Source: the human T2T-CHM13v2.0 reference genome, Homo sapiens. From it: a stretch of 64,000 bases of DNA. Position 1 is the stretch's first letter, and the number at the start of each line of letters is the position of its first letter. The notes beneath the pieces were generated by a model. It had not been told where the DNA came from. It searched no databases and was given only the letters and a program-made list of their open reading frames with translations. A program made the position numbers and the translations under genes. This document shows, one piece after another, positions 16,400 to 29,444 of the stretch. Location: the NCBI RefSeq assembly GCF_009914755.1, contig NC_060947.1; one strand, written 5' to 3'.

Positions 16400-17110
16400 T
16401 GTGGTTATAATCTCATTGTCCAGTTATTGGGGTCATATCTGGATAAAGCAGCTGACATTCAGATTCACTTGGGTCCACACTGTTCACAGTCAGCACTCGG
16501 GGTCCTCATTGGGAGACTTTGTAGAGTTTAGATTAGGTAATGGATGTGTGTGCCTCACTGACAGAATTCATTCTTGCTACTATAATGTGTGGTTCTTTTT
16601 TTTTTCTTTGCTAGAGCCACCATCTGGGGACTTACTGGAAGCCTTATAAATGGTCATAGTATCTTGCACAACATTGCTTCTAACCAAGGAACCCATGCTA
16701 GATAATGGGTTATTGCAGATGAGAATCACTGATCTTGTTGTGTGATACCCAACACCCAGAAACAACTGGCCTTATAGAATAATAGAATGACCTAATATAC
16801 TTCACTCGTACCTCCAGTTAAATAAATGCTTTCAATATAAAGTGCTGCCTGTAAGATTAAGAATATTCTTTGAACCAGGTCAATATATGATGCAGTTCTT
16901 CTTTTAGCTAGAATAAATGAGTCAGGGAACTAAGTAATAGAATAGAAGATGGAACATCTCCAGATACTCAACGACCTCCTTCTACAATTTTTGCTTCATG
17001 TCCCCGTTGTATAGAAAACTTAATATCCAATAAAGGAATTCTAGCACCAAGAGATTAATAGTCTTGCTGAATTTGGAGCTTAGGCTAGCAGCTGGTCATT
17101 GCAACTCATG
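16400..17110 (+). mobile_element. Degraded ERVL-class internal region: protease-like piece, integrase core and dUTPase relic
   Basis: HNIASNQGTH (about 16667-16696) and HPETTGLIE**NDL resemble HERV-L integrase HSIASDQGTH/HPEAAGLIERWNGL; AATTTTTGCTTCATGTCCC and GCACCAAGAGA resemble the downstream dUTPase region. Confidence 0.7.
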
Positions 17111-17718
17111 AGGTCATTGGGTAGACAGGCACACAATAGAATTTTGCTTTTAGCCAGTACGCCCAACACATGCATTCATTCATGACCAATGGCCACACCT
17201 ATCTCTTTTCCAGCTGCCACTGTGGTGACCAGCTTTGCATGTGCTCGGGCTGAAATGCGGGGTTCTTGGAAACTGATTCAGCTGAGTCCATATGATGCTT
17301 GCCCACTCCTGGTCTTTTATTTATCAAATTCAGGAAAGAACACTAGTTTTAAATAAGGAAAACATGCCCCAGGTAATACCTTTCTGCTCCTCTCCACATC
17401 AAAGACATTGGCTGAATTTTACAAAACAATTCTGTGACCACAAGGAATTGTTTATGTAGGCAACATAGGTATCTTTTCTCTGTTAATAAATATTGAATGG
17501 ATATATTTTAATTTTAAGTACTAATAACATAATATAATGCTATAATTTATTTTTATTTTATTTATAATGATTCTATTTATAAGTGATGCCAATCTTTAAA
17601 AAATAACCGATGGCCAACAGATGTCCTCTGTCTTCTTTCACCCATTCTAAGACAGTAATTTTGTACCTGATCTCATTTGGATCTCAAACTATGCTTAAAG
17701 AGCCTTATTTTTATGCTA

Positions 17719-18066
<348 letters not shown>

Positions 18067-18109
18067 TTAGATGCATAAAAGGGCTCCATAGCCAATTGTT
18101 ATGACATAT

Positions 18110-18260
18110 TGTAATACATAGCTACCATTTCAAACACACTACTTATACACCAGGAACTTGCCCCATGCACAGTATCCCATGTTATTAATGCAATTACAGT
18201 CTCTAACAGAAATGAAATTATTCTCATTTTACAAAGGAAGAAATAGCACCCCAGAGAGCG
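18110..18260 (-). mobile_element. MIR fragment
   Basis: Core ATTATTCTCATTTTACAAAGGAAGAAA. Confidence 0.6.
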
Positions 18261-18357
18261 CTGAGCCCCTAAAAGTAAACTCTAACCAGAATGATACTGA
18301 AGTATAGTAAGAAAAAAGAGGAATTACCCTTCTCCAATGGGTATGTCAATTCTATTT

Positions 18358-18804
18358 CAGGGTTTTGTAACCTTGGCATGGTTGATATTTTGGTTTAGTC
18401 TAAGCTTGTCCAACCCACTTTATTTTGTTGTTTTTCTGTTCTGTTTTGTTTTAGGCTTTTAGCAGCCTGAAGCCATGGATTTTAGTTTCTGTCTCTGGTG
18501 ATAAGTGGAAAAGAGAGATAAGGAAGGGGCTTTACTGGCCCAGCCAGAAACAGAAACTAAAAACCCATGACTGTAAATTCTCCCTTGGACACCCCTGGAC
18601 TCTACACTCTGACCATTCTCTCCTGTGGGAGCTCTCAAGTGCGCCACAGGCTGGGAGTATATGGTAGGAGACTGAGCAGAGCAGTATCCCTGGCCTCATA
18701 CCTTAGGTGTCAGTTCCAACTCCTCAATTGTAACAACCAGACACGTCTTCAGATATTGCCAAATGTCCCCCAGTGGGTAGAGTTATCCCTTTTGAGGGCC
18801 ACTG
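18358..18804 (-). mobile_element. MER20 interrupted by a MER107-like MITE
   Basis: CAGGGTTTTGTAACCTTGGC... and ...CAGATATTGCCAAATGTCCCCCAG...GGCCACTG flank the insert. Confidence 0.75.
18401..18597 (-). mobile_element. MER107/MER30-group hAT MITE
   Basis: Ends TAAGCTTGTCCAA...TTGGACACCCCTG; internal GCAGCCTGAAGCCATGG. Confidence 0.8.
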
Positions 18805-19586
18805 CTCTGTATAAAAACCACAAAACTTGGAAATTATCTAAAATATGTAGTTGCAATATCCATTGCCCTAACTCCACAATAATGTACACTAAAAATGCTA
18901 GATCAATATGACACCCAAGTCAAAGAATATGAGTCCTCCATGACATTCAAACAAAGATTAGGCTCCAGAAAAGTATCTCTTCTGATGACACTCATAGCCC
19001 TCCTTAGAAGTGAAAAAAAGCTCAAATTTTGTCATGTCCTCCAGCACTGATAGAGCTCAAACCTTGAAAATAAATCCTCTACTTCTTAAAGGGCGCTATT
19101 TCCTGGCTCCTAAAGCCCAGGAGAATGGCCTCAGTACCACAAATCTATGAAATCCTGAAATATTGTAGAAGCCCTCTTATTGTAATTCCATTAAGAAACC
19201 ACTTTCTCTCACTCAAAAACTACCAGAAATATACAATGCCCAGTATTCACTTTAGTTTTTGAAAACTCATGCTAGAAGACAAAATTCTAAAGAAAGATAC
19301 TTAGATTAAATGATGCTTGGGTGCCATGTCAATCTGGTGTTTTCAGAGTAGATTGTCTTGGAGTGAGGGGGTTAGATATTGCAAAGGGAATTAGATTAAA
19401 CATTTCAAAATATGCAAAAGTGGTAAATATGTCTTTCAAACCATAGGCATAATTTACCAGAGAGGCAGTGTTCTTTATTCTACTGGTGAGTTTTAAGCTT
19501 TACTTTAGCATTCATTGTTTCCTCTACTCAACTCAGTGATAAGCTTGTTGAGGGTAGAAAGCCCACAGGTTAAACTTATGTTACTC

Positions 19587-20241
19587 TCTATTAGTCAGGG
19601 TTCCCCAGAGAAACAAAACCAAAATGTTGGAAGGATAAACAGACAGACAGACAGACAGATAGATAGATAAAATAACTAGTTAGCTAGATGATAGGTAGAC
19701 AGATGATACATAGATGATAGATGGATATATAGATGATAGATATATGATATATATATATAGAGAGAGAGAGAAAGAGAGAGAGAGAGAGGAAGAGAGATAA
19801 AGAGAGAATAGAGATTTATTATAGGAATTAGCTGAGAAGTCCCATGGCCTGCCACCTGAAAGCTGGAGACCCAGGAAGCTGGTGGTGTACTTCAGTCTGT
19901 GTCTAAAGGCCTGAGAACCAGGCATGGCTGCTGGTATTAAGTCCTGGAATCTGAGAACCTGACAACCAAGAGCTCTGAGTCCAAGGGCAAGAGAAAATGG
20001 ATGTCCCAGCTCAATAACAGAGTGAATTTGTCTTTCTTCAACTTTTTTGCTCCCATTCAGGCCCTCAATGGATTGAATTATACCCACCTACATAGGTAAG
20101 GGTATCTTCTTTCTTCAGTCTACTGATTCGACTTCTAATCTCTCTTGGAATGTTCTCACAAAAACACCTAGAAATAGTGTTTACCAGCTATCTGGGCATC
20201 TCTGAGCCCAGTCAAGTTGACACATGAAATCATCCATCACA
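19587..20241 (-). mobile_element. ERVL LTR (MLT2C/D-like) with internal GACA/GATA/GA microsatellite
   Basis: TATTAGTCAGGGTTCCCCAGAGAAAC...CAGTCAAGTTGACACATGAAATCATCCATCACA; simple repeat at about 19636-19810. Confidence 0.9.
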
Positions 20242-21049
20242 TCCACACTGGGTAGGACACACACATGGAGGAAATGTCTGTCTGTGGCTTCCAATAGAAC
20301 ATGACAATATCATTGGAACATGTTGCAATGACAGTTACTCCTTGATATTCCTGCATTGTTAAGAGTTTTGTAGTATCTCTTAGGGATACCTTCAATTCTA
20401 TCTTCCTTGAGCAGATGTTTATCTTTATTTCTTACTCATAGACAAAATCATCTAAGATCAGGAAAATTCTCTTTCTTGCTGAATGTAGCCACACAGTTAA
20501 GATGCTGCAGGTTTTTACAAACAACCATTTGTAATGGAAATATTTCCATGGTGTCAGTTAATATGCAGATATCATTGTAATTAATAATCCATTATCATGA
20601 AACTGTGTGGCCCAGCTGGAGGTCTGGAATGGAACCAGAGTAGTGGTTTATTCTGAATGTAATATTTTGATGGCATCTACCTGTTTCTGTATAAATTACA
20701 CTTTCCTCAGGATTGCAAGTGTTCTGCTACCCATGAAGTTCTCTGGAAAACATAAATTTTCAGGAGGTTTTGTTAATCTTATTTTTGCTTCTTGAAACAT
20801 TTTTTGCCAGGTTGAATGATGGAGGGTATCATATTTTACCACTGTGTTCTACCAGATTTAGATTTTTCATGAGCCATACAAAGAGAGGAAATTATTATAT
20901 CATGCAGATAGTGGCCCTAATTCATTTAGGCATCTATCAACAAAACATTTTTGAGTTGTGGTGGTAAATTTTTACCACTATCAGAGAGACAAGAATTAAT
21001 GGGAAATCTATGAAAAAATGGCTAATAACAAGCATAGACAACAGATGAT

Positions 21050-21160
21050 ATTTCTTTTCTTTTTTGCCCTTCCTTTCTTCTTTTTTGCCCCCTCCCTCCC
21101 TCCTCCCTCCTTCCTTCCTCCCCTCCTTCCTTCCTTCTCCTTCCTGCTCCTCCTTCCCCA
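21050..21160. repeat. Pyrimidine-rich (CCT/CCTT) low complexity, probably at an L2 tail
   Basis: CCCTCCCTCC/CCTT runs followed by CACTATGTGCTTGACA (L2-like end, minus strand). Confidence 0.75.
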
Positions 21161-21408
21161 TTTCATTTTTCTGACATCCACTATGTGCTTGACATATACT
21201 TGGCACCACAGGAAAATAAACAAGATAAGCAAAACAATTTTTAACTTCATAGAAGAGAATTAAAGGTAAAGACAGGATCATTATTATTCTGATTGTTGTA
21301 TTAGTTAATCCATTTTATTGTGTCTCATTTGAGGATCTAATTTAAAAATACTGCAAATGTCATCAATTCCTGATTAGAAATGGTGCCCTCTAAGTGGACA
21401 AACTGGCT

Positions 21409-21472
21409 TTATCAAATAACTTTACACTCTTATCAAATGTATCCACAATCTTATCAAATTAATCTACACTCT
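21409..21472. repeat. 21-bp tandem repeat x3
   Basis: TTATCAAATAACTTTACACTC / TTATCAAATGTATCCACAATC / TTATCAAATTAATCTACACTC. Confidence 0.85.
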
Positions 21473-22794
21473 TCGTGTGAGGTTTTTCAACTATTTGCAT
21501 TATCGTTCAAATCGGATTTATTTACAATGCCTGCAAGAATATTAAAAACCCTGGAAAATGCCCAGAAATATAAGTCTATATACACTATGTTTTTATCTGC
21601 ATTGTATGATTTGGTCATTAAAATTTAGTTGCTACATATTCATGAATAGGAAAATTATTATATGTCTACTCAGTCAGTTTTTCACCTCAAACCTTCCCAA
21701 TGGGATCAAAACAACAAAATAGTATAAATAAAAATGAATGTATTTGATTTTCTCCCCCAAAATATTTTGGGTTTTAAGGTATGAATTTATGATTTTATAT
21801 AATTTTACACTGTGTTTGAAAGAGTACTTTCTTGTACCTTAGTTCAGCAAGTCATTAGAAAAACAGCAGTAACATCTCAATGCTCCATAAAAATCTGGGA
21901 AAAAGCTATATTTTTGTGAATTCGATTTCAACTGTGTAGGTGGAATACAGTGGAGATTGCTACCTTTAATTTCTCAGAATCAGATAACATCTATAGTCAA
22001 CAGACATTTCCTGATGTCATCTTTGTTTGCCAGTGGCACTATTTTATGTTTATATTATTATTTCTCTGCACCAATAAGACAAAGACTCTTGGGATGTGGG
22101 TAAAAAGGTCCTTAGACCCTTAAACTCCAGGTTCATCTTGAAAATTTAGTCTGTAGTCAACTTCAGAGAGTGAACTCGTTGACCTCCAGGGGCTTCCCTA
22201 TGTGGGCAGCTCATTGGCATCTGCACTGGCTACAGTTGAAGATTTTTTTCCTCTTTTAAAAATGTTATCAAGGTACATTATATTGTTAGACTTAATGATA
22301 CTGAACGAGCTGTTTACATTTTTAAGGAAGAATGTTTAATTATTTTAATTTCTTTATTTGATATTTGTCTGGTCAAAGTTTTATTTCATATATCTTAATT
22401 TATAAAGTTAAAAACATCATAATGAATGATATTTTAATGAATATTAAATTATCTTAATGTTTTATTTTATATGTTTCTGGAAGTAATGTAATTTGTCCAA
22501 ACTTTTAAATACTTTGGAACAGAGTTCACAATGTTCTTGTCTAATCTTTACAATCTCCACTGAATCTTTGATTATTTACTTTTCTGGGCTTAATATTATT
22601 TATATCTCTCTCTCTTCTCTCTCTTTTGCTCTCTTTCTATTCACATCATGTTTCTTTTCCTCTCTCCTACTCTCCTTTAAAGTGGTTTGTCTAGTTCATG
22701 ATATTTTCCCCAAAGAATCAAAATCAAATATTGGTATGCTTTGCTTATTCCAATTTCTTATGGATTTTTAATTCTGAAAACACACACACTAGAT

Positions 22795-23175
22795 CATTAC
22801 TTTTGATGTACAACTTCATACAGAAAAGTGAACAGTATTAAGTTTACAATGGAATAAAGGTTTATATTTTTATACATTTTTACATACACATACACCTGTG
22901 TCTTCACCACCTGTATCAAGATATAAAATATTCCCAGAAGTCCAGAAAACTCCTCCCTGTTTTCAGTCAGTACTCTCACAATGTTTAGCCCTGTTCTGAC
23001 ATCTATCACCACCATAGATATTGTTTTGGAACTTTGTGTAAATAGAATTTCATACTATAAACTCTAATATATCTGATTCTCTTCAGTTGATGGTATGGCT
23101 GTGAGATTCATACATGCCGTGCTATAAGCAGCAGCTCATTGCTTTGATCGATGTGTATAGAATTACATTTACTAT
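22795..23175 (-). mobile_element. L1ME 3' end
   Basis: CATACAGAAAAGTGAACAG...CACCTGTATCAAGATATAAAATATTCCCAG...TGTGAGATTCATACATG. Confidence 0.75.
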
Positions 23176-23373
23176 TCATTTTCTTTCGCATTTTGACAAG
23201 TGGCTCTCTCCAATTTTACCTCTTGATTTGAGTACTTATTATATTTGTTTTCATTTTTGAGACATTCATTTTGGCCTAGATATTTATTTCTAGGAATTTC
23301 AATAGCTGTATGTGCCATGTTTTGGGGTGTAGATTCTTTGAGTCTCACAGCAACTGCCAGGAACATGAGGTAG

Positions 23374-23550
23374 CGTCTTAGTTCATTTGTGTTGCTATAA
23401 AGGAATACTTGAGGCTGAGTAACTTATTTAAAAAAAAAGAGGTTGATTTGGCTCACATTTCTGCAGGCTGCACGGGAAGCATGGCACCAGCATCTGCATT
23501 GGATGAGGGCTTCAGGCTGTATCCACTCATGGTAAAAGAAGAAGAGGAGA
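23374..23550 (-). mobile_element. MST LTR fragment (3' portion)
   Basis: GTCTTAGTTCATTTGTGTTGCTATAAAGGAATACTTGAGGCTG...GCATGGCACCAGCATCTGC. Confidence 0.85.
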
Positions 23551-23613
23551 TACTATTACTGAATTTGGTACAGAGCCCATTGAGAGGATTTGGTTAACAG
23601 ATGCATACCTGCC

Positions 23614-24027
23614 TGCTATAGCTTAGATATTTGGCCCTCCAAACCTCACGTTGAAATTGTTCCCCAGTGTTAGAGGTGGGGCCTGGTGGGAGACGTTTGG
23701 GTCATGGGAGCGAATTCTTCAAAAATGGCTTGGTGCTATCCTCATAATAATGAGCTCTCATTCTGTTAGTTCCTGCAAGAGCTGGTTGTTAAAAGAGCCT
23801 GGCATCTACCTCCTCTCTCTCTTGCTTCCTCTCTCACTATGTGCTCTGCACTTGCTTGCTCCCCTCCCCTTCTGCCATGTGTGGACACTTCCTAAGACCC
23901 TCACCAGAAGCAGACACTGGCGCTATGCTTCTTGTGCAGCCTGTAGAAGTGAGAGCCGAATAAACTTCTTTTCTTTGTAAATTATGCAGTCTCTTGTATT
24001 TCTCTACAGCACGAATGGACTAAGACA
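23614..24027 (+). mobile_element. MSTB1-like solo LTR
   Basis: TGCTATAGCTTAGATA...GGACTAAGACA; perfect TSD CTGCC. Confidence 0.93.
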
Positions 24028-24255
24028 CTGCCTTAAGTTCCTGGAGATTGTTTTGAGGCTCACAGAAGAATTTGGAAAAACATTTTGCTAACTGTAAAGT
24101 ATTCCATGCATGTGAATAACACTGTTTATTACCACAGACAAATGGAGGGTTTATAAAATTTTGGGTAACAGATATGAAAATAAAAATAAATTAGGATCAA
24201 TACTAATTTTCTTCAAAATTTCTGACATGACAAATTTATGTATAAATATTGCATT

Positions 24256-24317
24256 TGTGTGTGTGTGTGTATATATATATATGCATATATATGTGTATGT
24301 ATTTTTTTTTTTTTTTT
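24256..24317. repeat. (TG)n(TA)n plus T-run
   Basis: Directly visible. Confidence 0.9.
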
Positions 24318-25419
24318 GCTAAACTATGCAATTGTACCCGCCAACATTTCTAGATTCAGAAATGGTGAGACCTCATCTGTAGATTCAGTGTGACCCTTTT
24401 CTGGGCAGTGGTTTACTGAGCAAGGTGAACACCCAGAATTGCACAGTTAGCTGAGGGACAAGGAGTAGTGGTTATTAAAATGTCAATTTCTATGCATCTT
24501 TTAATCTAAATTGTTAAAGAAATTATGGTTATTAACACCTAACATGGACATATAAATTAATGCACACACTATGTCCTGAGCAATTTTAAAACATTGTTCA
24601 TTCATCCACATTTTATTCTTTTGGACATTCTGGTTTGGGTGTAAGCTTGCTAGCATGCACAATCTATTTGACCCAAAGCACAGGGATCTTTCTATAAGTA
24701 AAATAACATTCAACTATTGGGCTGATGCTCCAATTTTGATAGAGTTTGTGAAGAAAAGACTTCAAGGCCATGGATCTAGTTTAGCATGGAGCATAGAAGG
24801 GTGAATTCCCAGGATCCATCCCTCCTCTTCCATATGGACTGTTAGCTCCTGACTCCTCCGAATCTAACTTTAAATAAAGACAGCAGAGTTTAAATACAGG
24901 ACTGCCTATCACAGGACTGCCCTGCCAATATTTTTATAGTTTTGAAATGCACCACTCAAGCTATGCACTACTCAATGCACCTTCCTGAAAGGTGAAAAAT
25001 GTAAATGACCATGAGTTTGAAATGACAACTCCCAGAAAGGTCAAACCAAACAGTTTTCTGTGAAAAACAATTTACATAGCAAATGATGCATTAAATGATG
25101 ATTCGACTTTTCATTGATGATAATCATAGCATAATAAGAATAATCTCTCCAAAAGTAGACTTGTTCTGAGCATGAACATAGCCTGTACATGCAAATTTGC
25201 ATTAAAAAATATAAATGTATATAAGTGTACACTTGGTTAGGATAGGTGCAAATATTCCTGCGAGATTCATTTTGGGGTTTATTTAACTAACAAAATCTAA
25301 CAGATGGTTTTGCCGCAGTCTGTGTTTCATCTACATCACGGAAATTTATTGCGTTGTCATTTGATTTTTCATCGCATGATTTGGTAACCATGATGGCTTT
25401 CTGGCACTTTCATCAGTGA

Positions 25420-25635
25420 AGTGAGTGGTGGTTAAGAGCCAGTAAGACCTTAAGAGTCAGTAAAACCCAATAAGATCTGGCTTCGACTAACTGTGCAAAC
25501 TTAGAAATTTTACTAAACCTTTCTGAGCTCTAGTCTATTACCTGGAAATGGGAAAACAAAGTTCCCAATTTATTGTTGTGCAAATAAACTAAAAGTGCAT
25601 GGCCTAGCATAAGGTAAATGCATATAGAACTTTGA
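25420..25635 (+). mobile_element. MIR
   Basis: GTGGTTAAGAGC...TTACTAAACCTTTCTGAGCTCTAGT...GGAAATGGG. Confidence 0.6.
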
Positions 25636-26327
25636 GTTGTATATTCTACTTAGCATTTAAATTTATGATGCTGACTTATATGATCAGAAATAAATGTCCT
25701 CTCTGCCAGTATATCTTAAGTTTCCTTACCCATGATTTTGATCCTAGCAGTGTAGACAAATATAATTAAACATTACATTAAAATTTGTTAGGAATTATAG
25801 GACTGCTCTATCCCAAAAAGGATGCTGTTTAGGGCATATTGTCAAGGATAGGAACTAAAACTTGAGAGCTGACCTTCATTCTTTCAGGTTATCAGAATCC
25901 TAACAGCAAGTGTGCAAACTGCAAGTGTGCAAATACAGAGACTCATAAAGCATAGTTAAAGAAATGGTAGGAAGTGAACCTTTATAATTTAATCAATATT
26001 CAATACACATCTTGATGTTTGATGTGATCAGGCATGGGGTGTTTAGATTATCAATCAAGATGAGTGCCAAAGATCATTCAACTATTGATCCAGAACAGAG
26101 ATGGGGAGGTTTGGAGCTGGGGTGGTTACTAATGGTGAGGAAGGTCTGTGTCTAGGAGAGAAACAGATTTGCCAGTGTGTTTACCATCAATGCAAAACAC
26201 TAGAGGGAATGAGGCCAGAAACGTGATTCTTCCTGGGCTTGGAGAAAGTAAAATGCATTAGCCTCCTTTTCCTTCTTCAATTATTTAAGTTTTTATTAGA
26301 ATAAGAAAGCATGCTACATATGCCTTG

Positions 26328-27612
26328 TATTTATTTATTTTTATTTTTATAAATGTATGGGGGTACAAGTGCAATTTTATTACATGCATGGATTGCATGG
26401 GGGTGAAGTGAGGGCTTTTAGGGTATCAATCATCCGAATGATGTACATTGCACCCATTAAATAATTTCTCATCACCCACCCTCTCCAACCCTCCCACCCT
26501 TCTGAGTCTCCAGTGCCTATTAATCCACTCTCTATGTCCATGTGCACACATTACCTAGCTCCCACTTATAAGTGAGAACATGCAGTATTTGTCTTTCTGT
26601 GTCTGAGTTGTTTCACTTAAGATAATGCCTTCCTGTTCCATCCATGTAGCTGCAAAAGACGTGTTTGCATTCTTTTTTACGGCTGTGTAGTATTCCATGG
26701 TGTATATGTACCACATTTTCTTTATCCAATCCTCCACTCATGGACACTTGGGTTGATTCCATATCTTTGCTATTGTGAATAGCGCTATGACAAGCATATG
26801 AGTGCAGGTATCTTTTTGATAGAATAACTTATTTTCCTTTGGGTAGATACCCAGTAGTGGGATTGCTGGATCAAATAGTAGTGCTATTTTTAGTTCTCTG
26901 AGAAATTTCCATACTGTTTTCCATAGACATTGTATTAATTTACATTCTTGCCAGCAGTGCATAAGCATTCCTTTTTCTGTGAATATTCACCAAAATGTGT
27001 TATTTTTGACTTTTTAATAGTAGCCATTAGGACTGGGGCAAGATGATATCTCATTGTGGTTTTGATTTGCATTTCTCTGATGATTAGTGGTGTTGAACGT
27101 ATTTTCATATGCCTGTTGGCCATTTGCATGTCTTCTTTTGGAAAATGTCTTTTGCCCACTTTTTAATAAAATTGTTTTTGTTGCTGTTGTTGTTGTTGTT
27201 GTTGTTGTTTGTATATTGTATTAGTCTGTTTTCATGCTGCTGATAAAGGCATACCCGAGACTGGGCAATTTACAAAAGAAACAGGTTTAATTGGACTTAT
27301 AGTTCTACGTGGCTGGGGAAGCCTCACAATCATGGCAGAAGGCAAGGAAGAGCAAGTCACATCTTACATGGATGGCAGCAGGCAAAGAGAGACAGCTTAT
27401 GCAGGGGAATTTCTTTTTTTAAAAGAAATTTAAAAGCATCAGATCTTGTGAGACTTATTCACTGTCACGAGAACAGCACGGGAAACACTTATCCCCATGA
27501 TTCAATTACCTCCCTCCAGGTCCTTCCCACAATACGTGGAAATTCAAGATGAGATTTGGGTGGTGACACAGCCAAATCATATCATATATTTTGAATATTA
27601 GCTCCTTGTCTA
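26328..27612 (-). mobile_element. L1MA1/2-like 3' end, interrupted by THE1
   Basis: ORF2 C-terminal peptides (WIKKMWYIYTMEYY; [14 protein letters not shown]); 3' UTR ATGGGGGTACAAGTGCAATTTT; internal (GTT)n. Confidence 0.93.
27217..27584 (-). mobile_element. THE1B-like solo LTR nested in L1
   Basis: TGTATTAGTCTGTTTTCATGCTGCTG...CAGCCAAATCATATCA; perfect TSD TATAT. Confidence 0.95.
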
Positions 27613-29444
27613 AGTTTTTAGGTCCTTAATTCTCCACCTGAAGTTGTGGACGATGAGCTCATGGAAATAAAATACTTGACTTGCTGCCTTCTTCTTTATC
27701 CTGGATGAAAGGGAAAATTCTACCACCATTCACATTACTCAGAAAAGCTGGGTTCTGGTGGAGAAAGGCAGCTTTTTCTGGCACTTGGAAGTAAGTATCA
27801 TTTCCTCCGCTTCATTTTAGAGCAATATTTTTATTTTTCATTCCCTCTCGAGGAACACCAGATGCTGCAATTTGAAACTAGTGATTTTTTCCCCATGGAT
27901 AGCTTTAAGCAGCATTGCAGATATGGTTCATAGGTTCAGGATCAAGGATCTGGTAGATTCTTGGGCTTTGGTTTCTTAAATGCCATTCATGAAGGCAAGA
28001 GATTCGGGAAAAGAACAGACCAAAGGTAGAGTGAGAATGGCTCCTACTGCAGACAGATGCTCAACTTAGAAAGACCGAAATCGTCTTTTCCATGCCCACT
28101 TCTGGTAGGGTTAAAATTGCCTGGAAGAAAATGCTGAATTTCTGTCTGTACTAAGGAAACAATGACAGCAAAGCTGGTGATGTGAGTTAAAAAAAGAGAA
28201 TGCAAGAAGAAAAGGACAAATTAGGTGAGCTTTGAATGATGGATCAGATGGGACACTACTGGGACACTGATTACTAGGATCACCCTCTAATTCTTGCAGG
28301 GCATGGAGATTTTGCATTCTGTTTAGAAAGGTGGTCTCCAACCTGTGGGGCTACCTTGTCAGGATGCATTAAGACTTGGAGATTACAGCTCCAGAGAGTA
28401 AACAATGAATCACTCTTCCCCATGATGGCTTTGAAAGAATTGGGGGTTACCACCTGTGCATGGTGTCCGTCTCTGCAGAAGGATGGTATGAGTCTGAGTT
28501 TGATTCACTCGCAGTGATGCTACCAGCCAGCCAGCCAGAGGCATAACTGCAGGGTTGAGACAGTAGAGTATCCTACATTTTAAGATGCAGCCTGACAGGG
28601 AGATTTTACCTGACGGTGGTACCCATCAGAGTGAGCTCTCAGCATTTCCATAAGCAAACTGTTGCTGTTGGCTCAAAGCCTGCATGGTAGGATTGCCTAT
28701 CAATAAGATAGCATTGGGCTTATGGAAACCCACAAATATCTTTTAGGATTTGAGACAGTCCTGGCTATGAGCTGCCTCTCGAAAATGGCCCCATTGAGAT
28801 TAGATCATACTGAATGCTCTTGGTGGAGAATAAGAAGCTGGTGGGTTATCAGAGGAGGAACTTACTTTGATTTACACTCAAGGAAACCTGAAAAGCTGCT
28901 GGAGTGTACAGCTGTTAGTCTCCACCGTGGCTGGCTTAGGCAGTTCCAGTTTGTGCTCATCTCCCTGGCTATCTTGACAGTTTCCAGAGAAGTGCATCCT
29001 TTAATTTTTACAGTGTTGTATCTGGCTACAGCACCTTATCAATCCAAACACCTTGGGCAGGTGTTTTTGTTGTAAAGTCAATCCGTACTTGTGACCCAGT
29101 GACATGTCATACATAGGAGGCAACTCACTACATGGGAAGGGGCAGATTGTGTTGCAAAGATCAGTTGAGATTATTTTCCCAAAAGAGAAATAAACAGATT
29201 TGAATTTATGCCATTGTGGAGTTTTATATTTTCTATGATATTATTACCAATATATTTTTAGGAGCTTTATAAACTACTGTTGCTGTATTCCTTGGGTAAT
29301 ATTTTCAAGCTCTTCTAAAATGCATCAGTGAAAGATGAAACAAAATGCTGCATATGGAAACTGTGAAAGCAGTCGGGGAGAAATCTATATTTCTTTTAAG
29401 TTAGGCCTCAGTTGCGCAGACTTGTTCTTAATGTCAGATGCAAA

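Noticed and set aside
24896-25932. Two 15-bp micro-duplications (ACAGGACTGCC x2; GCAAGTGTGCAAA x2)
   Set aside because: Ordinary slippage duplications with nothing further to suggest function.
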